A program made the position numbers and the translations under genes. Under the pieces are notes generated by a model. That model was not told where the DNA came from. It worked only from the letters and a program-made list of their open reading frames with translations, and did no database searches. Positions 53,001-63,399 of a stretch of DNA of 64,000 nucleotides are shown one piece after another. The DNA lies in assembly GCA_951406725.2 (NCBI GenBank), contig OX597824.1, positions 33,108,001 through 33,172,000 on the forward strand, in the 5' to 3' direction. Source of the DNA: Octopus vulgaris (lineage: Eukaryota). Position 1 is the first letter of the stretch; every line of letters starts with the position of its first letter.

Positions 53001-54704
53001 CCAGTTGTCAAGTGATGGTGGGGAACAAGCACATTCACAAAGACATACACACACATGCACACACACACATACACACATACACACATTCACACACACACAT
53101 ACACACACACATACTCACACACATACACACACACATGCACACACATACACACACACATGCACACATACACATGCACACACACACACACATGCACACGCAC
53201 ACATACACACACACACACATTGTCATCCCATAAATAATGTGGCTTTTTTTTATATTTCTTTTATTTTTCAAAATTAAGATAAACAAGGTTAATTTTTAAT
53301 CTAAAATATACTTTCCTTCATTTTCTACAATGCTCTTCCATTTATCTGGTAGACTTGCCAGGCCTCACTTCCAAAATTCACTTGTCTGTGACGAAAAATA
53401 CTCTTCCAGTAATGTTCTGACCTTGTCTACAGAATTCATATTCTGCATGTGTGTGTGTTTTTGTGCGTGTGTGTGTCTTCATGTCTGTGTTTGTTCCCCA
53501 CCACTGTTTGACATCCAGTGTTGGTGTGTTTATATCCATGTAACTTAGTGGTTCAGAAAAAGTGACTGGTACAATAAGTACCTGATTTACATAAAAAAAA
53601 GTACTGGGTTTGATTCATTTGACTAAAATTCCTCAAGGCTGTGCCCCAGCATGGCCTGTGGTTTAATGACTGAGTCAAGTTAAAGATAAAAGATAAAGTA
53701 TGTTGTATGGTATTTGATATACCTGTATTCATCTATATTATTTAAATATTTGCCACTGGCTATTCTGTGTCATGTCTCTTGACTCATTTTTGTTTAAATT
53801 ATAGAAACTGAATTGTTAACCAGCTATTTATGAAAAAGTGTTGATATATTGGGTTGTCTGGAAAGTTTGTGCCGATTTATAGTAGCTTACTTTTTGACTT
53901 ATTTTAGAACATGGTTGAGTCCATAAAATAGGATTTGACTACACCTCCATTTAGAGCACAGTTTAAGCTATCTTTTCGTGGAAGCAGGTTTATGTTCCTA
54001 TAACCCGTGTTAATTCTGTAACCCTTTAAAATGGAAGATAAGAAAGTTCATTTTCGGCACTTGATGCTTTGGGAACCAGACAAAAATTGCTGCAGCTCGG
54101 CTGGGATGTGTTACCCCATCCTCCATATTCACCAGATATTGCTCCTTCGGATTTCCACTTATTCAGGTCTCTACAGAATAGTCTTAATGGTAAAAATTTC
54201 AATTCCTTGGATGATGTAAAAAGATACCTTGATGAATTCTTTGCCATGAAACCACCTCAATTCTGGGGAGAGGAGTATTTTCAAGTTAATGGAAAGGTGG
54301 AGACGCATTGTGCAACAAAATGGTTCATATTTGGTTGATTAAAAACTTATTGACCTTTTTCTTTCCTCTAAAAGTCGGCACGAACTTTCCAGACAACCCA
54401 ATATTTTTAGCTGACAGAAGTGCAAGAAATATCTAAGTAAACCCAAAGATAAAAAAATAATTTTGAATGATGTATTCTGTATAAATTCAATATATATTTT
54501 CAACACATTTCAAAGAAATAATCACTTAATATTGGTTGCTTATTTAATACGGCTGTTTCTTTTCTGCTATTTTATTTTATAATTTAGGTTGCTGTCAACA
54601 GTCAACATTTTATAACATTCGAACATCGTATAAAGGATATTGAAACAGTGAATCAGCTGCAAATAACTGGTGATGTTCATTTGAATGTGATGCAGTTTTA
54701 TTGA
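21697..54704 (+). CDS. Tandem-repeat (two-CRD) galectin, galectin-4/8/9-like, 8 coding exons, 311 aa
   Basis: Manually joined exons 21697-21759, 29088-29173, 31163-31373, 37823-37939, 41458-41511, 44157-44248, 52591-52786, 54588-54704. All introns are GT-AG, phases 0,2,0,0,0,2,0 give an open frame to TGA. Two galectin signatures: HINVR..VFN..WGMEER and HFDVR..IRN..WGEEET. Confidence 0.92.
23280..23660 (+). pseudogene. RTE/BovB-like LINE 3' fragment
   Basis: [16 protein letters not shown]...KDT...LKSF.I...W, then a CPIC...F...IGL..H zinc-finger-like tail. Confidence 0.65.
23928..24710 (-). mobile_element. (TAA)n-flanked element with an internal exact 230-bp tandem duplication
   Basis: ccctgatgcagtaccaggc... 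begins at 23928 and again at 24158. TAA repeats on both sides. Strand is inferred. Confidence 0.6.
26714..26744 (-). ncRNA. Decayed homologue of the 27912 hammerhead
   Basis: Minus strand ctggcaaacaggaacttgaaactcagtgtaa aligns with ctgacgaacgggaacgtgaaactcagagtaa. The downstream gc.gcttta..aataaag is also shared. Confidence 0.5.
26878..27180 (-). mobile_element. tRNA-derived SINE family D, copies at ~17480-17790(-) and 49275-49455(-)
   Basis: Minus-strand head gtggaggcgcaatggcccagtggttagggc...ggattcgattccc with A/B boxes, followed by a shared body. Confidence 0.75.
27912..27958 (+). ncRNA. Minimal type I hammerhead ribozyme, canonical core
   Basis: Helix I (AAAA)CUGU/ACAG(G)UUUU, CUGACGA, helix II ACG-GGAA-CGU, GAA, helix III ACUC-A-GAGU, cleavage triplet GUA (after 27949). 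Sits in an ~85-bp insert within (TA)n. Confidence 0.85.
28011..28655. mobile_element. Fold-back non-autonomous PLE-type insert (645-bp imperfect palindrome)
   Basis: Arms 28011-28329 and 28344-28655 are reverse complements around a 14-nt spacer. Each arm carries a hammerhead and both ends abut TA repeats. Confidence 0.8.
28567..28602 (+). ncRNA. Minimal hammerhead ribozyme with U3-A8 core variant
   Basis: CAG | UUGAAAA | AGUC-UCAAU-GACU | GAA | ACCGGU | A | CUG. Mirror copy on the minus strand at 28064-28099 has ACCGAU. Confidence 0.7.
29088..29173 (+). CDS. Galectin exon 2 ([29 protein letters not shown])
   Basis: Acceptor tttcatacag, donor GTAAGT, phase 0 to 2. xVPY...I.L.G is the typical start of a galectin CRD. 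Confidence 0.85.
29240..29648 (+). mobile_element. tRNA-headed SINE family A with internal (TA)/(TG) microsatellite, representative copy
   Basis: A-box/B-box-like head (tggctgtgtggt, ggttcagtccc), conserved body, gtaaaaga tail. Other copies at ~830-1590, 3888-4345, 4665-5066(-), 6450-6672, 12795-13460(-), 15555-15908(-), 17915-18397(-), 29830-30240, 37437-37770, 38835-39040, 40155-40530(-), 45590-45975, 45983-46428, 50385-50795. Confidence 0.85.
31163..31373 (+). CDS. Galectin exon 3, W-exon of N-terminal CRD (FSINL...ALHINVR...VFN...WGMEER...SEFM)
   Basis: Acceptor tcttttaag, donor GTTAGT. Carries the H-x-N-x-R, N and WG-x-E-x-R sugar-binding residues. Confidence 0.93.
33972..34058 (-). ncRNA. 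Decayed hammerhead ribozyme
   Basis: Minus strand UUCCU CUGAUGA, helix II UUUGCCCAA/UUGGGCAAA, CAAAA in place of CGAAA, ACAACUGU-A. Confidence 0.5.
34171..34252 (+). ncRNA. Partly decayed hammerhead ribozyme, long helix II
   Basis: CUGAUGA at 34174, helix II (A)AUUC..UUUAGAAA/UUUCUAAG..GAAU(C), GAA, palindromic ACAGCUGU, then A. Helix I is weak. Confidence 0.55.
34600..35250 (-). pseudogene. CR1/Jockey-group LINE reverse transcriptase fragment
   Basis: [20 protein letters not shown] (decayed YADD), LQNDL..IY.WA..N...[13 protein letters not shown]. Confidence 0.85.
35700..36932 (+). mobile_element. Tc1/mariner superfamily DNA transposon (DD37D/maT-like), near full length, decayed
   Basis: 26-bp TIRs cagggtgtgtaaggtatttgaggaca / tgtcctcaaatatcttacacaccctg with TA on both sides. 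Transposase fragments including [13 protein letters not shown] are broken by stops and frameshifts. Confidence 0.88.
37823..37939 (+). CDS. Galectin exon 4 ([39 protein letters not shown])
   Basis: Polypyrimidine acceptor ttctctttcag, donor GTAAGT, 117 nt. HR...L.I.G.V pattern of a CRD C-terminus. Confidence 0.88.
38507..38590. repeat. Perfect 84-bp palindrome centred on (TA)12
   Basis: atcctcagttacaattagcgatgattgtcg-(TA)12-cgacaatcatcgctaattgtaactgaggat. Confidence 0.9.
39600..39990 (+). pseudogene. Degenerate PLE GIY-YIG endonuclease fragment, same type as the 8-11 kb element
   Basis: [27 protein letters not shown]...KRQATSL...VWNLK....WSII aligns with CMSKTIIYEATV..YVGLTEGNFKARFNNH...KRKATQLSNHIWSLR....WKIL. 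Confidence 0.75.
41458..41511 (+). CDS. Galectin exon 5, inter-CRD linker ([18 protein letters not shown])
   Basis: Acceptor ttgtttacag, donor GTAAGT, 54 nt in frame, Pro-rich linker ending in PIFNP. Confidence 0.85.
42710..42741 (-). ncRNA. Hammerhead core with perfect helix II but poor helix I
   Basis: Minus strand CUGAUGA AGUCC-AAC-GGACU GAA AUAUGU C. Confidence 0.45.
44157..44248 (+). CDS. Galectin exon 6 ([30 protein letters not shown])
   Basis: Acceptor gttccag, donor GTAAGT, phase 0 to 2. IPF...I.GGL...I...G.P start of CRD2. Confidence 0.9.
44401..45280 (-). mobile_element. Degenerate Tc1/mariner-type transposon
   Basis: [22 protein letters not shown] and WGYLKERVY fragments. TIR-like tacaaggtgtcccaaaa at 44401. 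Confidence 0.7.
46440..46900 (+). mobile_element. SINE/LINE-tail family C ending in (GAT)n, representative copy
   Basis: ggagtggttggcgttaggaagggcatccagc...ccaacccatgctagcatgg...gttaaacgatgatg. Copies at ~14700-15115, 16475-16725(-), 18610-18880, 19548-19860(-), 20450-20870, 23730-23875, 33285-33500, 35280-35480, 41910-42375. Confidence 0.75.
47900..47992 (-). ncRNA. Decayed hammerhead ribozyme, long helix II
   Basis: Minus strand GCAG CUGAAGA AGGCUUU...AAAGCCC AAA ACAUAUGU A CCGC. The deviations look like CpG transitions. Confidence 0.55.
48614..48695 (-). ncRNA. Decayed hammerhead-like motif
   Basis: Minus strand CCC CUGAUGA A GCUG...CAGU, damaged GAAA, palindromic ACAUAUGU, U, GG. Confidence 0.4.
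49460..50035 (-). pseudogene. R4/Dong-like (restriction-like endonuclease) non-LTR retrotransposon fragment next to (TAA)n
   Basis: [22 protein letters not shown]...[15 protein letters not shown] zinc knuckle. A 3' end piece (TAHIL) lies at ~24748-24990 between TAA repeats. Confidence 0.75.
50952..51690 (+). repeat. Tandem array of SINE B body, 184-bp period, ~4 units
   Basis: taaagaaataggtatttcatctgc recurs at ~51170, 51354 and 51538. Only the first unit has the SINE head. Confidence 0.85.
52591..52786 (+). CDS. Galectin exon 7, W-exon of C-terminal CRD (FTVNF...DIAFHFDVR...IRNS...WGEEET...FPF...YCYR)
   Basis: Acceptor tttccactag, donor GTAAGT. DIAFHF-x-x-R, RNS, WG-x-EE and FPF motifs. 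Confidence 0.94.
53849..54401 (+). mobile_element. Internally deleted mariner (DD34D) element
   Basis: TIRs ttgggttgtctggaaagtttgtgccga / tcggcacgaactttccagacaacccaa, TA flanks, [18 protein letters not shown] motif. Confidence 0.88.
54588..54704 (+). CDS. Galectin exon 8, last coding exon ([38 protein letters not shown])
   Basis: Acceptor aatttag. VAVN..HF..F.HR...L.I.GDV consensus, TGA at 54702-54704. Confidence 0.93.
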   Translation, partial: VAVNSQHFITFEHRIKDIETVNQLQITGDVHLNVMQFY

Positions 54705-54716
54705 AGAGATTCATTT

Positions 54717-54727
54717 AATAAAATAAA
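54717..54727 (+). promoter_or_regulatory. Candidate polyadenylation signals of the galectin gene
   Basis: Overlapping AATAAA hexamers 13 nt after the stop codon. The region is AT-rich, so they could be chance matches. Confidence 0.4.
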
Positions 54728-57489
54728 CTACATTTATACACAAAAGAAAGCTGGAAAACTTCATTTTCCACCCTCTACTAAATTTCTCATTTTTTTCCTT
54801 TTTCTTTGGCATTATTTTTAAAATCAATTCATTTTGTGCCTAGAGAAATTTTTATGAATAACACATGATCACACAAACATATTTTATATCTTTAGCATTT
54901 AATCTTGCCTTATCCGGCTCAAATATTCTACCTGTTTTATGTTGAAACTGACCAGATCCAACCTCTCACACCTACTGTACAATGTTGCTCTAAAAATATG
55001 CAAACACATCATTGAAACCTTGAAACTACAAAATAATGCCAGATTAATTCAAAGGATAAAAGGAAGTTACCCTCCCAGGCACAAGTCCGGGCAAGGTTGT
55101 TTATGGAAGACCAGCAGTTGCCCATGCATACCAGCCTCAAGAGAGGTAAAGTCTGACACAGCTTGGCATCAGTGATGTCACAACTCATTTCTACAGTTGA
55201 ATGAACTGAAGCAACATGAAATAAAGTGTTTAACTCAAGTACACAACCTGGTTCAGGAATTGAACTCACTATCTCTTGATTGTGAGCCTGACAGCCCTAA
55301 CCACGAAGCCATGTACCTAATTCAAAGCAATGTGAAGGAATTTCAACCGTGTTTCGTGGTCTGCTACCACAACAGCTCCTTTATAGGATCCAGTTAGCTC
55401 AAGACATCATCAGGAGGAACTACGTCCGGTTTCAGCCCCTACTCCTCTACTGTTTTGTTGTGGCGCACCCCCTTTCAGAGGTGTCTTCAGCTCTGGTGTT
55501 GGGTACATGTCTTCTTTCTCCTTCTTTCTTCTGTTCCCTGGTCTCTTCGATGTAGCGCCAAAGAAATCCGAACACAAAAGGACTAAGATAGATATCTCTT
55601 CAATAACTTACACACTTCAATAAATCTGTAGGTATTCTTGTCATCTCAGGTTTTTTGTTGCTTTTTTTTTTATCCCTCAAACTCTAAGGACACAAACTCT
55701 AGGGTGATTATCCAGTTTTTATGGCGTATAACTGACTGAGGTCACAACATTCCCCCTGAATGAGACTTTGATGTTGGGTTCAAGACCAGCAATCTTGATG
55801 AGAGGTGGACCTTGATACATGACTGGTACTTTATTTTATCAACCTTGAAGGGATGAAAGACAAAGTTGACATCAGTGGAACTTGAACTCAGAACATAAAG
55901 AGCTAGAAAAAATACCACTTAGTATTTTGTTTGACCTGCTTGAGACACTGCTAGCTCATTGCCTTTGTCACCTTATAGCACTGAATTTTATGCTTTCTTT
56001 AGGTACCATGTGCAGAATGTATAGCATAGACCAATCATGTCCTGTCCAAATTCTCTATTCTTTATTTTCTGTAACAGTTCCACTTCCTATTGTTAAACCT
56101 TTCAGCATTCAAGTTACTTTATCAAATGCAATCCTTATTTATTCGCATTGTTTTGAATTAATCATGCATTATCTTGTAGCCTTAAGATTTCAGCAATGTG
56201 GTTGTTTATTTTCAGAATGACATTGTAGGATAAGTGTGAGATGTTGGATCTAGACAGTTTGCATGTAAGACAGGTAGAATATTTTGGGTCAAATATGGTT
56301 GGTTTAAATGCTAAACAGTTAATGCCTCGTTCTTTCAACCACTTCAAGCTTGAGAACCATATTGTCCTCTTCCTTCTTCTGTTTCTTTTCTCTGCAATCT
56401 TTATACCAGAAATGTAATTTAACAAGCCATCTACCGAGAAATTTTGTGCATTTTATTTTTAGTCTCCAGAATATATTGTAGTTTATATTAGTTTAACAAA
56501 TAAAGGCTTGTATAATACTAAATAACTTCTATCTGTACCCAAGTTTAATTTCCATCTGATTTTCACCACATGCAGTTTTCTCACTTCAATAAAAGGGGAT
56601 TATATAAAACTACAAAGAAATCAAGAACTACTTAAAAAACATTACAAGCAGTGATATCAATGGCATATGACCCACATAACAAAATATATTCCATAAAAGG
56701 TTAGATATACAGGAGAAAAGTTAGCTGAAATGTGTATGTTCTATGCTGACGACATATTCTAGAGTATAATGCTTACTAATGCCGTACTCAAAAGTGAATT
56801 GGCTAATATAGTCAAGAAAATCAATAGGAGAAAGTCATAAAGATCAGTTAAATCTATTATCAATGACTGTAGAATTTGTGAAACTAATCTAAAAATCAAT
56901 ACTGAGCTATAAAATATGTTGTTGTTGTTGTTGTTTAACCCCAGGTTAACCCTGATCAAGTAGACTGATGATCAAAGGTTTTCTAACTTTGTCTGTTTCC
57001 TCTTTTCTTCAGAAATTGAATATTAATGGCTACGTTGTCCAATGTGTTATTTAAAATGGTAGGGGGTGAAATGAGGGAGATTTTATTGCTATTTTTAGCA
57101 GGTTGAAGTACAGGCTTTGAGAAGAAGGGACACATGGGTTTTTGTTTGTGTAAAGGTTTTATGATTTTATGATGTAAGTCTATCATCATCATCACTATCA
57201 TCATCATCATCAAGATGATCGTAACAAAACCCATCGACTGAGTGGAGTAGTAGTATTGAGAGATAAGAATAGGTGTCTTGTAGTAGAGGAGAAGCATGGT
57301 TACCTCAGATAGAGAGAGAGTGATAAGAAGGTAAAGATGTGACAAGGCATACACTCTGATGTAAAACCCCTACAGTTATCCACTACTCTTTTCCTTCTAG
57401 ACATCAAGGACTTACTTGTCATTAGGTCCAACAACAGCCACTCTTCTGCAGATCATCATCATCATTGTTCGACCGTGGTCGAAACAATG

Positions 57490-57845
57490 GAATTTACTAT
57501 GCTACTATGCAACGGAGGTCCTGTTGCTGGATGCCTGTATCCCTGGAGATTACATCAGGGTAGGAGAGTGTGTGTCCTCTGGTATCGCGAGCAGATGGCT
57601 TCCAGGGGAGAAGAGTAGAAATTACCTCATTTTCAGCTCTACAACAATGTCTAGCAAACTGGACTCTTCTACCTTTCACAAGAGATGGTACAGGTGGTAG
57701 TTTTCTATATATTTGTACTTTGGTTGGATGACGCTTCCACGAGAGATTTTGAGCTCTCATAAGGAGGCGAGTGTAAGTTCCATCCAACCACCTGTCAAGC
57801 TTCTTTGATAACATCTAGGTTTCTGAGCCATATAGTAGAATTGGT
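57490..57845 (-). pseudogene. RTE-like LINE C-terminal fragment
   Basis: LDGTYTRLLMRAQNLSWKRH...LP....RRVQFARHC.R. Confidence 0.7.
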
Positions 57846-58199
57846 TCATCATCAATAGCATCATCAGTGAATGTTGGTCTTCCATGCAAGCAAGGGCTGG
57901 ACAGTTTGTCAGAATCCAATGGGTTAGAGGATTGCATCACACTTCAATGTCTGCTTCAGCTGTATGTCCTACTAATGCTAACCACTTAACAGAATATGTG
58001 GTACCAGCACTAGTGATGATTCCCTGTAACCTTCAAGACAACTGTGGCAACAATGACCTAAAGGCAACCAAGTGTAGTTCTAAAGCAGTGGTTCTCAACC
58101 ATTTTTTACCTACAGACCCCTTTGAATCCTATTTTACTTGGATGGACCCTATAGCCATTCAATGTTTAACATTGGTTCCTATGGAACAGTCCTGTTTAA

Positions 58200-58664
58200 C
58201 CCTTTCGTTACTGTATTTATCTTGAGATACTCTGTTTCTTTCAATCATTTTAAATATAACAAAGAATTTAATAAAACTAAGTTATCATTCAGCTAGTGTT
58301 AGGAACATAAAAAGGCGGCAAGCTGGCAGAAATGTTAGCATGCCGGGCGAAATGCTTAGCGGTAGTTTGTCTGCCGTTACGTTCTGAGTTCAAATTCTGC
58401 CGAGGTCGACTTTGCCTTTCATCCTTTCGGGGTTGATAAACTAAGTACCAGTTACGCACTGGGGTCGATGTAATCGACTTAATCCCTTTGCCTGTCCTTT
58501 GTCCACTCTATGTTTAGCCCCTTGTGGGCAATAAAGAAATAAGTGTTAGGAACATAAATTGTGACTAAAGTTTGGTGAAAGATTTTAATTCAAAACTTAT
58601 GAAAACAAGACATTTGTACTACAGAGCCAGAGCTGGTTTTGGCTGGGTTTTGTTAATGAAAAGG
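58200..58664. mobile_element. piggyBac-like MITE with a nested SINE
   Basis: TTAA-ccctttcgtta ... taatgaaaagg-TTAA ends. SINE at 58312-58541 has a 17-bp TSD agtgttaggaacataaa. Confidence 0.65.
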
Positions 58665-61543
58665 TTAAGTGGTGGTAAACATTACTTAATATAATTACTG
58701 CTTTCATCTCTTATAGAGATTTTCTTAACTAACTAATTTGCTTGTTGCAAGATCAGTGTCTGTGTGTCTCTTGTCTTCTATATATTGCGAGCTGGAGTGA
58801 ACTACTACTATCTCTAGTGGATGAACATCCACCACTGATGATAACCACAAAGAGGTCTAAACTGTACAGTCTGGTGATTTTGTGGCTGGAAGATGGTAGG
58901 AGTTCACTCCCCTACTTGCAATATATATTAGGTGCAGATTGCATCAAATAACCAGCTGGAGGAGGCGACCAGCTTGGGTTAAAATAGCAGTAATATCAGT
59001 TCCTACAGAACAGCTGTGTTTAAGTAGTGATAACCATTACTTCTCAGTATAATTACTGCTTTTGTCTCTTCTAAAGATTTCCTTAACTAGCTAATTTGCT
59101 TCTTGTTTAATATATTCTATTTTTAGAATTAGATATTATTAGGAATTGTATAAAAATTGAAAAAATATTTCAAGCATTGTAGAAGTATAAACAGTTTATC
59201 ACAAAAGAATTTTAACAATAAAATTATATATGGACCCGCAAGGGGTTTAGATGATGTCTTCCTGACTCAAAAGCTAGGCATTGACTGATTAAATGACCTG
59301 TCTTTGTCTGTTTTTATAAAAGTTGTTATAAAGATGAGTTATGATTAGAATGGTCAAACTGACACATTTGGCTGTTTGTTTAAGACCCAATAAGTAAATA
59401 TTATTGCATTGGTAGGTCACTACAGGAAGTAACAACAAAATCACAAGCTATGAGATGTGTCAAGATTTCAGATCAAATTCTTGTTTTATTGGCGCTCTCC
59501 CAACTGCCCCTTGTCTTTTGGATTTATGGCTCTCCTTCATTCTTTGTTGATGTACATTGCTATTTGGCATTTGACTTTATTAGTTTTTAGTCTGAAATTC
59601 CGGCTCTGATGATATATCAACTTTAAGTGAAAACCAATATTTATTTTAGCTTCCTTCTCATCGAAACATTGAGAATATATACCAACATCTATTAGTAAAG
59701 TCGTCCGCAGCATCAGCTAATGTTTTAACAATATTATTGATGTCCTATAAGGTGGTCAGCAGACAAAATCATTTGCACACTGGGCAAAATGTTCTGAGTT
59801 CAAATTCTACTGAGGTTGTCTTTGCCTTTCTTCCTTTCAGGGTTGATAAAAACAAGTACCAGTTGAACACTGGGGTCAATCAAATCGACTTACCCCACTC
59901 CTAAAAGTTTGCTGGCTCTGTACCAAAATTTGAAACCAATATATTCCTGTTGATTTATTTTTTGCAAAAATTTACCTTATGCAAAAATTCAAGGGAAGCA
60001 ACTTCCTTCAAAGGGAAGTTATCTTTTAGTTATCCATTTTCCAATGAATGATTAGACCAGTGAAACAGTACTCTTAGCAATGAACTGGCTGTATAAATAC
60101 GATTCAAAATGGAACAAATCTTTCTCTTCAGAATAAGGAATTGGTAGAATTGATTGCTTTCTTTGTTTAGTTAGTTTCAGCACAACTCATGTTTATGTTG
60201 AATGAGACATTAATTTGCTATATCTCAATTCCATTGAGTTACTGAATATATGAATTACACCAATGACTGGTAACATAAAAGATACATTGGCATATTAGAT
60301 GCACCCCAGTTTGAGAAGCACATATTCAGGATAAAAAGTTTTTAGTGTATTAAATCAGATGTGAAGCTCAACTTTGCACATAGGACCTTGGGGGATTTTT
60401 TGAGTCATATTTGGGGTAAAAAGTGCATCTTATATGTCATCAAATATGGTACATAATAAGGTCTCCTTTTTGCCCATGAGCCATTAGAAAGAATTACACA
60501 TGCACACACACACACACATACAAACATAAATACGCACAAATATACACATACACACACAAATAAAAGTTCTCTTTTATTTCCAGTGTACCATCAGAAATAG
60601 ATGTTACCCAGCCTATGTTTTGCAGGTATTCAATATGGCTAAACAGTATGTTTCCAGGTTTGAATGAGACAGCAATCCATGCAAAATAGAAAAAACATTT
60701 TTCACTTGTAACATTCATAAACAAGAAAGCTATTTGAGTTAACATGTAGCGTAAACAGAGTGTTACACATATGGATATGTTTGAACAGTCATTGGTGTAA
60801 TTCATATATTCATAAAGTACAGTTCTTTTGCTATACATGTAGTGTGAACAGGAAATGTTGCCGAGATAAAGGAATATAATATATGTATGTGCATGTGTGT
60901 GTGTGTGTGTGCATGTGTGTAATACTTTCTAATGGTACATAGAAAATAAAAGAGAAGTTATAAATATGAAAGAGAAAATATGTTCTTTATTGTTGTGTAT
61001 CGTACATCAAAATTTTTCACATTAGTGAGCATGATATTTTTTTATCAAATATTCCTCTTTTAGTATCAGATACAGAATCTTTTTAATTTATTTTCCAAAT
61101 ACACTCACCCCGATGATCCAAATGATGTTAGTACATCAATCAGACTTTAAAGCTCGAAGCTGCCTTGTCAGAAGCTTTGATCAAATGCTATATTTATGAG
61201 TGTCATTAAAGAATTAATTTCTAGAGTTTCCCACTAAAGAGAACAGCTGACCAGCTGTGATGCATCACTCCTGATACTGATCCTCCAGCTACCAAGATCC
61301 TGTTATGCAGTGTCCGTTTCAATGAGTATGCCTTTCCAGCTAGCGGAAAGCATCATAATCTCATTTCAAATGCACCAGCTGGCAAAGGCCATCATGAGTT
61401 CACTTCATAAATATGTAAGCTCAACATAGTTACTTCAATATAAATACCAGTACTTCATCTCATTACTAATACCAAAACTCACCACATTTGCAACTGCAGA
61501 TTACAATACTAAGCTATTTCTCTGAAATTAACTATTTTTTAAA

Positions 61544-61940
61544 TCTCTCTATATATATAAAGCTGAAGTTGTCTGTGTATGGCAGGTTTGGTAGCCTTCA
61601 ACTAACACTATCTCCTCCGAGACCCTGCTGCACAAGTTGACCAAAATTGAGAGTATGATAGAAGAAGGCTTGCTCTTCATTCCATAGAAGAAAAAAATTC
61701 AAATCGGACCATGTTAACACCAAAAATTATTTACATCAAAGAGGTGCTTTTTTTCTATGAAAATCCCTATTTTTTACGATTTTTTGACTGCTGTGTCGCC
61801 ATTTTTCAGTGTATTTCAACCAGAACAAGGTTCACTTAAAGAGAACAACAAGCTACATAATGCAACATTTTTACTTTTCAAAAATTTTAATTCTAAAGGG
61901 TCGAAACAAACCTGAGCAACACCGGGCGATATTGATAGTA
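61544..61940 (+). mobile_element. Non-autonomous Helitron-like element (same family as 2128-2518)
   Basis: Colinear and highly similar to 2128-2518 over ~390 bp. Confidence 0.7.
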
Positions 61941-63399
61941 TTTTTATGAACCTACTCAGATTTCACCAGAGAAAAGCAGATAGATAAACAAACTTGTATG
62001 TGCATGCATACTAAAATGCTAATACCATTGTTCATTCACTTTCTTCAGATCCACTAGTACAAAAGTACACATATTCTAGCAGAGTCACTTGCATTTTATG
62101 CACACTCATTTGCATCTTGTGCATACATTATGCAAACGCACTTATACCATGCACATACATCACACAGACTTGTTTGAAAGTACACACATGTAGGACTCAC
62201 TTGCATCTTATGCACATATCATGCAAACCAGTTTTGTTTTGAGACTTAGCAATCATTCCTTCTCAGCAACCTAGAAGAATATTAATATAACAACCCACAT
62301 GTAACCAAGTGACACTTTAGTTGTTCTATGTTTTCCAGTTGTTTATTAAACCAATAGACAATAGTACCTCTCAACCATGAGCCGGATGTATAAACAGAAC
62401 CCAAAATCGTTCTTGCTCTCTTTCACTTTTGATGTAACACAGTCTGAACAAGGAGCAGAAGGAATCTGTATTTTATAGCCTTGTTTCAGTTAATCTTAAT
62501 TTAACACATTTCTGCAGAATGAGACATTGATGGCTGTATATTGATTTCACCAGGTTGCTGAGTATGTTTGTCCATTTCTTTTTATCAAACAGTACATATG
62601 TGGCTAAAAAGAACTTGTATTTTATGAACATGTTTTACACCACTAACTTATTTTTATGCACAATATTACCTTAGTAATCTGTGTTGATTTAAATCTTGTT
62701 TTTATTAATGCTACAAGGGGAAAATGTTACTTCTCTTGCTGGAAATCTCTGTCACATTCAAACCTGTATTTTATAAAACATTTGTAAGTAAACATGTGTA
62801 GTTTAACTACATTGTATTATCGTAAAACTTGGACTGACAGGTAGTCCACCTGTTGATGGTACATAGGAAGTAAAGATCATATCTATATTTTATTGTTGTC
62901 CCTCAGATCGATATTTTCTACAGAGCTGTTGATTACTTTATAAGTGGAGTGATTAGTACAATACCATTTTCTTTATTTATAGGCTTCCAAGTAACCATAA
63001 GGAATAATATGATATGTCAAACATTCTTTTATATTTTAATTTCTGTTTTTTCTTTTTGCCCCAGTAACGTGAAATGATTTATGTTAGCCCCTGTAAGTGG
63101 GGACACATTACTGGGTTGATGATAAACAGTTCTGTTTAGAAAACCATTTACTTGTAATTTTTGATATAGCTTCCCGGCATCAGTGACATGGATGAGAAAA
63201 AAAATAAAGAAAGAATCATTCTGTATACAAAATATAAATATGGTAGTGACCCAAATTATGTAATATAATGAACTGAAGAATTTGATTAGTTGCGATTATC
63301 CATGCAATTAGTTAACAAAAACTCCCTCTAAAATGATGTGCATGTGTGTGCAACTAAGTGCGAACTTATCAAAATAATCTTTTTCTTGCTCTTTTATTA

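Noticed and set aside
61110-61521. Minus-strand segment bounded by cag acceptor-like and gtgagt donor-like sites
   Set aside because: No sustained open frame or recognisable protein. It may be a non-coding exon but cannot be supported without transcripts.
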